64,000 bases of DNA. Source: Balanoglossus misakiensis. Lineage: Eukaryota > Animalia > Hemichordata. This document shows positions 60,901-64,000 of this stretch, one piece after another. The translations under genes were made by a program, and so were the position numbers. The DNA lies in assembly GCA_040954595.2 (NCBI GenBank), contig CM082586.2, positions 2,237,124 through 2,301,123 on the forward strand. The letters run 5' to 3'. The notes under the pieces are model-generated. The model was not told where the DNA came from, did not search any database, and saw only the letters and a program-made list of their open reading frames with translations. The first letter of the stretch is position 1; each line of letters opens with the position of its first letter.

Positions 60901-62635
60901 GAATCACATATTGTACAAGAAGTATATAATCAAATTGCATTTTTGTTATCAAATCATTTTATACTACATTTCAAAGGATAACAAATTGCTGTAATAATGT
61001 CAGCAAATCTTAAACAGCATAAGTATAAGCTCACTAATCTGGTTTACAGAGATGTTCTATGCAGTTTTTTTACATGGTTCATGATGGAACTCAGAAAGAC
61101 TTTAGACAAGCTTATATGAACAAAAAAAATATCAGACACAGCAATTTAACAAACATACTATTTTAGCCTGGGAACTATTTTTTGCGTACCTGTGTGACCT
61201 GTCATATTAAAACCATCTCTGGCGAGTTTTATAGCAGGCTGGAATAACTCAGACCATGCCAGTCTGAAAGAAGAAATAGAGTCACAAACATTAACAAAAT
61301 TATTTTCACTTAGTATACAGATCACCTAGGAATATAAACGTGTTTAGCTGTATGGGAAATAGATTTCGGATCACTAACAAAGTCTACCAGCTTTTTAATA
61401 ATCTTTACTTATTTTGCTGGGAGCTGCACACCACAGTAATGCTAAATGTGGGCTTTCTATCTGCTTTTTCTACCAGCTTTTTGCTATATTTTTATTTCGA
61501 GATCTGCATAGGAGTGGGAGGCTAAATATAGGTTAGGTAAACTCACTTAAATCGGGCTCCACAATTTACATGTGTTGCAATGAGGGTTAGAAGCAGCGAA
61601 TATGCAATTACCCTGCAACAAAGAACATCATCACACATACCTGCCATATTTCTTGGAAGCCATCTCCATTCCCCGGAGTTCTCCCGGAACAGCTACAGCC
61701 AGTCCTCCCTGGGAATTCAAATAAATCCCACAATTATTTGGATGCTGTATATATACACTATTTCAAGCAGTAACGCAAAAAATTCATCTGATCCTGATCA
61801 GGGGAAAAAAGACCTGATCAGCTTTTTCTGATAAAATTCCATTGAAGATCTACTTACAATCTTTGCAAGTGTAGAATTACTGGCGTACATATCTTGAGTC
61901 GCCGCTGCAGGAGCTGTCTCACGGAAATCAATAGCCACTGTGGATGTCTTGTCTTTTATTATCATGAACCCACCTCTGAAAACAGAAAATGATACAATGA
62001 TATAAAACTGCCCATATGTGGAATAAAATATATATTTCGCTACACATGTTTCACTGTATATATACTTGCTTTCTACTTTTTTTCAACGGTACATGTACAT
62101 GTATGAATGATAAAAAAAAATCAACAAATTTAAATAACACTTACCCTCCAATGCCTGAACTCTCTGGATTAACAACTCCCAGACACAGAAGGGTTGCTAT
62201 GGCAGCATCAACTGCATGGCCCCCTTGCTTGAGAACATTCACACCAACCTGAGAACACTGTTTCGCTCCACACGAAACAGCGCCGTGTGGGCTCACCTGT
62301 AAGAGTGTCAAAATGTGAGGAGAAAAAATTAAATTTTCTGATAAGCATATAAAAATGTCAAAGCTTGATAAACACTGCATAAAGTTTATTTGTGGCTAGA
62401 AAACTCACCTGTCTTGGACCAAAACAAATATGGAGGACGAGGGCCGTTGTTATGGAGAATGCAAATGTTATGCAGCAGATGATGATTATTTTCAGACCCT
62501 TCTCTTTCTGTTGTTGCGTTGGAATCTGTTTGAATTCTTCAAGAGGTAGAAGCGATGTCTCCCCGTTGTCAAGATGAGATTCTTCCGACTCGTGCCTTTC
62601 TCTTGAAAGATGATGCCGTTCTTGTAGAAGTGCAC
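57780..62635 (-). CDS. GGT7: Gamma-glutamyltransferase / glutathione hydrolase 7-like (12 coding exons; start exon not identified; overall span)
   Basis: Type II TM 'GLKIIIICCITFAFSITTALVLHICFG'; motifs '[31 protein letters not shown]', 'IDFRETAP', 'VAVPGELRG', 'G-TATVTVIDPDDNMVAVTSTVNSRFGS', 'GILLNDEMSDF', 'PRLHHQLVPN'. All junctions are GT-AG with consistent phases. The TM context and 'PDD' loop resemble GGT7 (recalled, not searched). Confidence 0.92.
58138..58226. mobile_element. Copy of the ~90 bp TTAA MITE in a GGT7 intron
   Basis: ttaaccttctcatcc...aaccatagtggtgaaagggttaa. Confidence 0.6.
58271..58508 (-). CDS. GGT7: GGT7-like exon
   Basis: SNYIEPNKRPQSSTVP...IALGGDGGTMITTG...PRLHHQLVPNQVYVE. 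Confidence 0.93.
58614..58737 (-). CDS. GGT7: GGT7-like exon
   Basis: TVNSRFGSAVVTDSGILLNDEMSDFDWPNKHPDEPHLTVSE; possible alternative in-frame donor 9 nt inside (exon ending at 58623). Confidence 0.92.
58884..59033 (-). CDS. GGT7: GGT7-like exon with the autocleavage site / catalytic Thr
   Basis: KDTAAKIRDKIDDEKTYPPAHYGPYFPALSQG-TATVTVIDPDDNMVAVT; Thr codon at 58934-58936. Confidence 0.93.
59224..59312 (-). CDS. GGT7: GGT7-like exon
   Basis: AFKYAYAQRSQIGDPEYSTDVQNLTDIMT. Confidence 0.92.
59483..59613 (-). CDS. GGT7: GGT7-like exon
   Basis: YQVYLVPEPSGGAVFMSITNIMEGYNLTRELQNDPLTHHRMVE. Confidence 0.92.
59812..59899 (-). CDS. GGT7: GGT7-like exon
   Basis: VKQAGGILTKEDLANYQAEMKTPLQTTYH. Confidence 0.92.
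60077..60273 (-). CDS. GGT7: GGT7-like exon
   Basis: DSIASEGDRMAYSRRLRDALMPGG...RPDLARVLQIIADDGADAFYKGNLTDEIIVA. Confidence 0.92.
61190..61263 (-). CDS. GGT7: GGT7-like exon
   Basis: LAWSELFQPAIKLARDGFNMTGHT. Confidence 0.92.
61641..61708 (-). CDS. GGT7: GGT7-like exon
   Basis: GGLAVAVPGELRGMEMASKKYG. Confidence 0.93.
61858..61975 (-). CDS. GGT7: GGT7-like exon
   Basis: GGFMIIKDKTSTVAIDFRETAPAAATQDMYASNSTLAKI. Confidence 0.93.
62145..62296 (-). CDS. GGT7: GGT7-like exon
   Basis: [50 protein letters not shown]; tacag|...|gtaagt. Confidence 0.94.
62409..62635 (-). CDS. GGT7: GGT7-like exon (cytosolic N-terminus and TM anchor)
   Basis: tcccag|GT GCA...CAG|gtgagt; no in-frame ATG, so the start lies further upstream. 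Confidence 0.88.
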
Positions 62636-64000
62636 CTGGGATGAGAATGAAGGTCAAGGTTATTCACTAATACAACACTGATGATTTCACTGGACATGTC
62701 AACATTCTTAAGGAGTAGAACAAGAAACTGTCGTTGATACACAGAATAAATATACTGAAATTTATATCAAAAGTTAGAGCGACTGTCCATTTAATTGTGT
62801 CATCATGTTTATCTTGTCTAGTGAATATACCTCAGGTGCCGTGGGAATACATCTGACCTGACAGCAAGAATAAAAATGAATTTTTATGCTATACACATAC
62901 ACTGGTGATCTATGTATGCTAACCATGGGAATCCAACAGACAGCACGTATATTCACCTAAGATGAAATCTGCAGTCTGACTACTAATAAACATTTTTCGT
63001 TACAAAGGGATTAATAGACTTGTTTTCAAGTTGAAAAATCCCATTTGTATTCATCACAGCTGACTTCAAACTGATGTGTTTCATCGAGCAAATTAGTCAG
63101 CACTTAAAAGGCACACACAAGTCATTTGTAAATTCATTTTCAGATATTTTGGGGGCTGATGGGTAAATACTGTTTAAACATCTCAAGGACAATTTCAAAT
63201 TCATGATAACACTATGAGTTCTCTACCGTCTTATTTTGATGAGAAATACAGTTTTCATTTTATTTTAACTCAGTGCATCCTCAAGATCATCATGAGTCCG
63301 CTTTGAAATCTGAAGACACAATCTTCGAGTTGGCATCTAATTTTCTTGGAAAATCACACGTCAATTTCATCGCCATTAATCATGAGAGGTTTCAATACTC
63401 TCGCTGATTCCACTGAAGGCAGTATACATCTGCCTATCTAGTTAAATTTGGTAATCACCGAGAGAATGGAATGTCTTGAGGAAATATCTGGATTTTTCCG
63501 GATCATGGGTGATTCAAAATGTATGCATAACCTGAGCAGGCCGACCTAGTTTAGAATACATTCTATGTTGGATTGACGTCCCAATGGTATTATAAATATA
63601 AATTTGCATTACATTTCTATTCAAGTCTGACTATCAAAGAAGCAGTGACATAGTGAATACACACATATAAAAAAGATAAGAGATTTAAATCGAATTATAT
63701 ATACAAATAACAAGCACTATATTAGTATGAAGCAATTGCTAATGTATTTGACAGCATTGGTATGCTTAGATATTGGAATCGAATTGCTTGGGTCCCCACA
63801 TAATATACTAAAGCAGTTAGTCACATATACAGTGACCTGCTTATTATGGATGACATTTGCAAGACATGGCTGACTGTGTTGCTAATTTTAGTCTGGCGTG
63901 ACAGCAAACATGGGACTCGAAAATGAGAGAGGGTGTTGGTTTTCAGTGTATGAAGGCAAGTGAAATCAATGAAATAGGAGAAACAAATGTGTATTGTTCA

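Overview
AT-rich, intron-rich metazoan genomic DNA, probably from a marine invertebrate (an inference; the organism cannot be identified from the sequence). Two genes converge tail-to-tail. On the + strand is a KCNQ (Kv7/M-type) K+ channel: about 16 kb of presumed first intron (1-16411; no exon 1 found in the window), coding exons 16412-27092, and a probable ~5.3 kb 3' UTR ending near 32350. On the - strand is a GGT7-like gamma-glutamyltransferase with 12 coding exons (62635 to 57780) whose start exon was not identified. Between their poly(A) sites lies a ~23.9 kb satellite of 87-89 bp monomers, organised as subfamily domains with one internal strand flip and mirror-matched ends. Main highlights: (1) a tandemly duplicated KCNQ S6-gate/IQ-helix exon pair with 14 nt differences but only one amino-acid change (E/Q), 69 nt apart, the signature of mutually exclusive splicing; (2) three frame-preserving candidate microexons plus a cassette exon in the helix A-B linker; (3) many RFX X-box-like palindromes across KCNQ; (4) the inverted, layered satellite, whose monomer carries a dyad core and a binary micro-inversion polymorphism. 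Several non-autonomous DNA transposons (Harbinger-, Kolobok-, piggyBac- and pogo-like MITEs) are also present.
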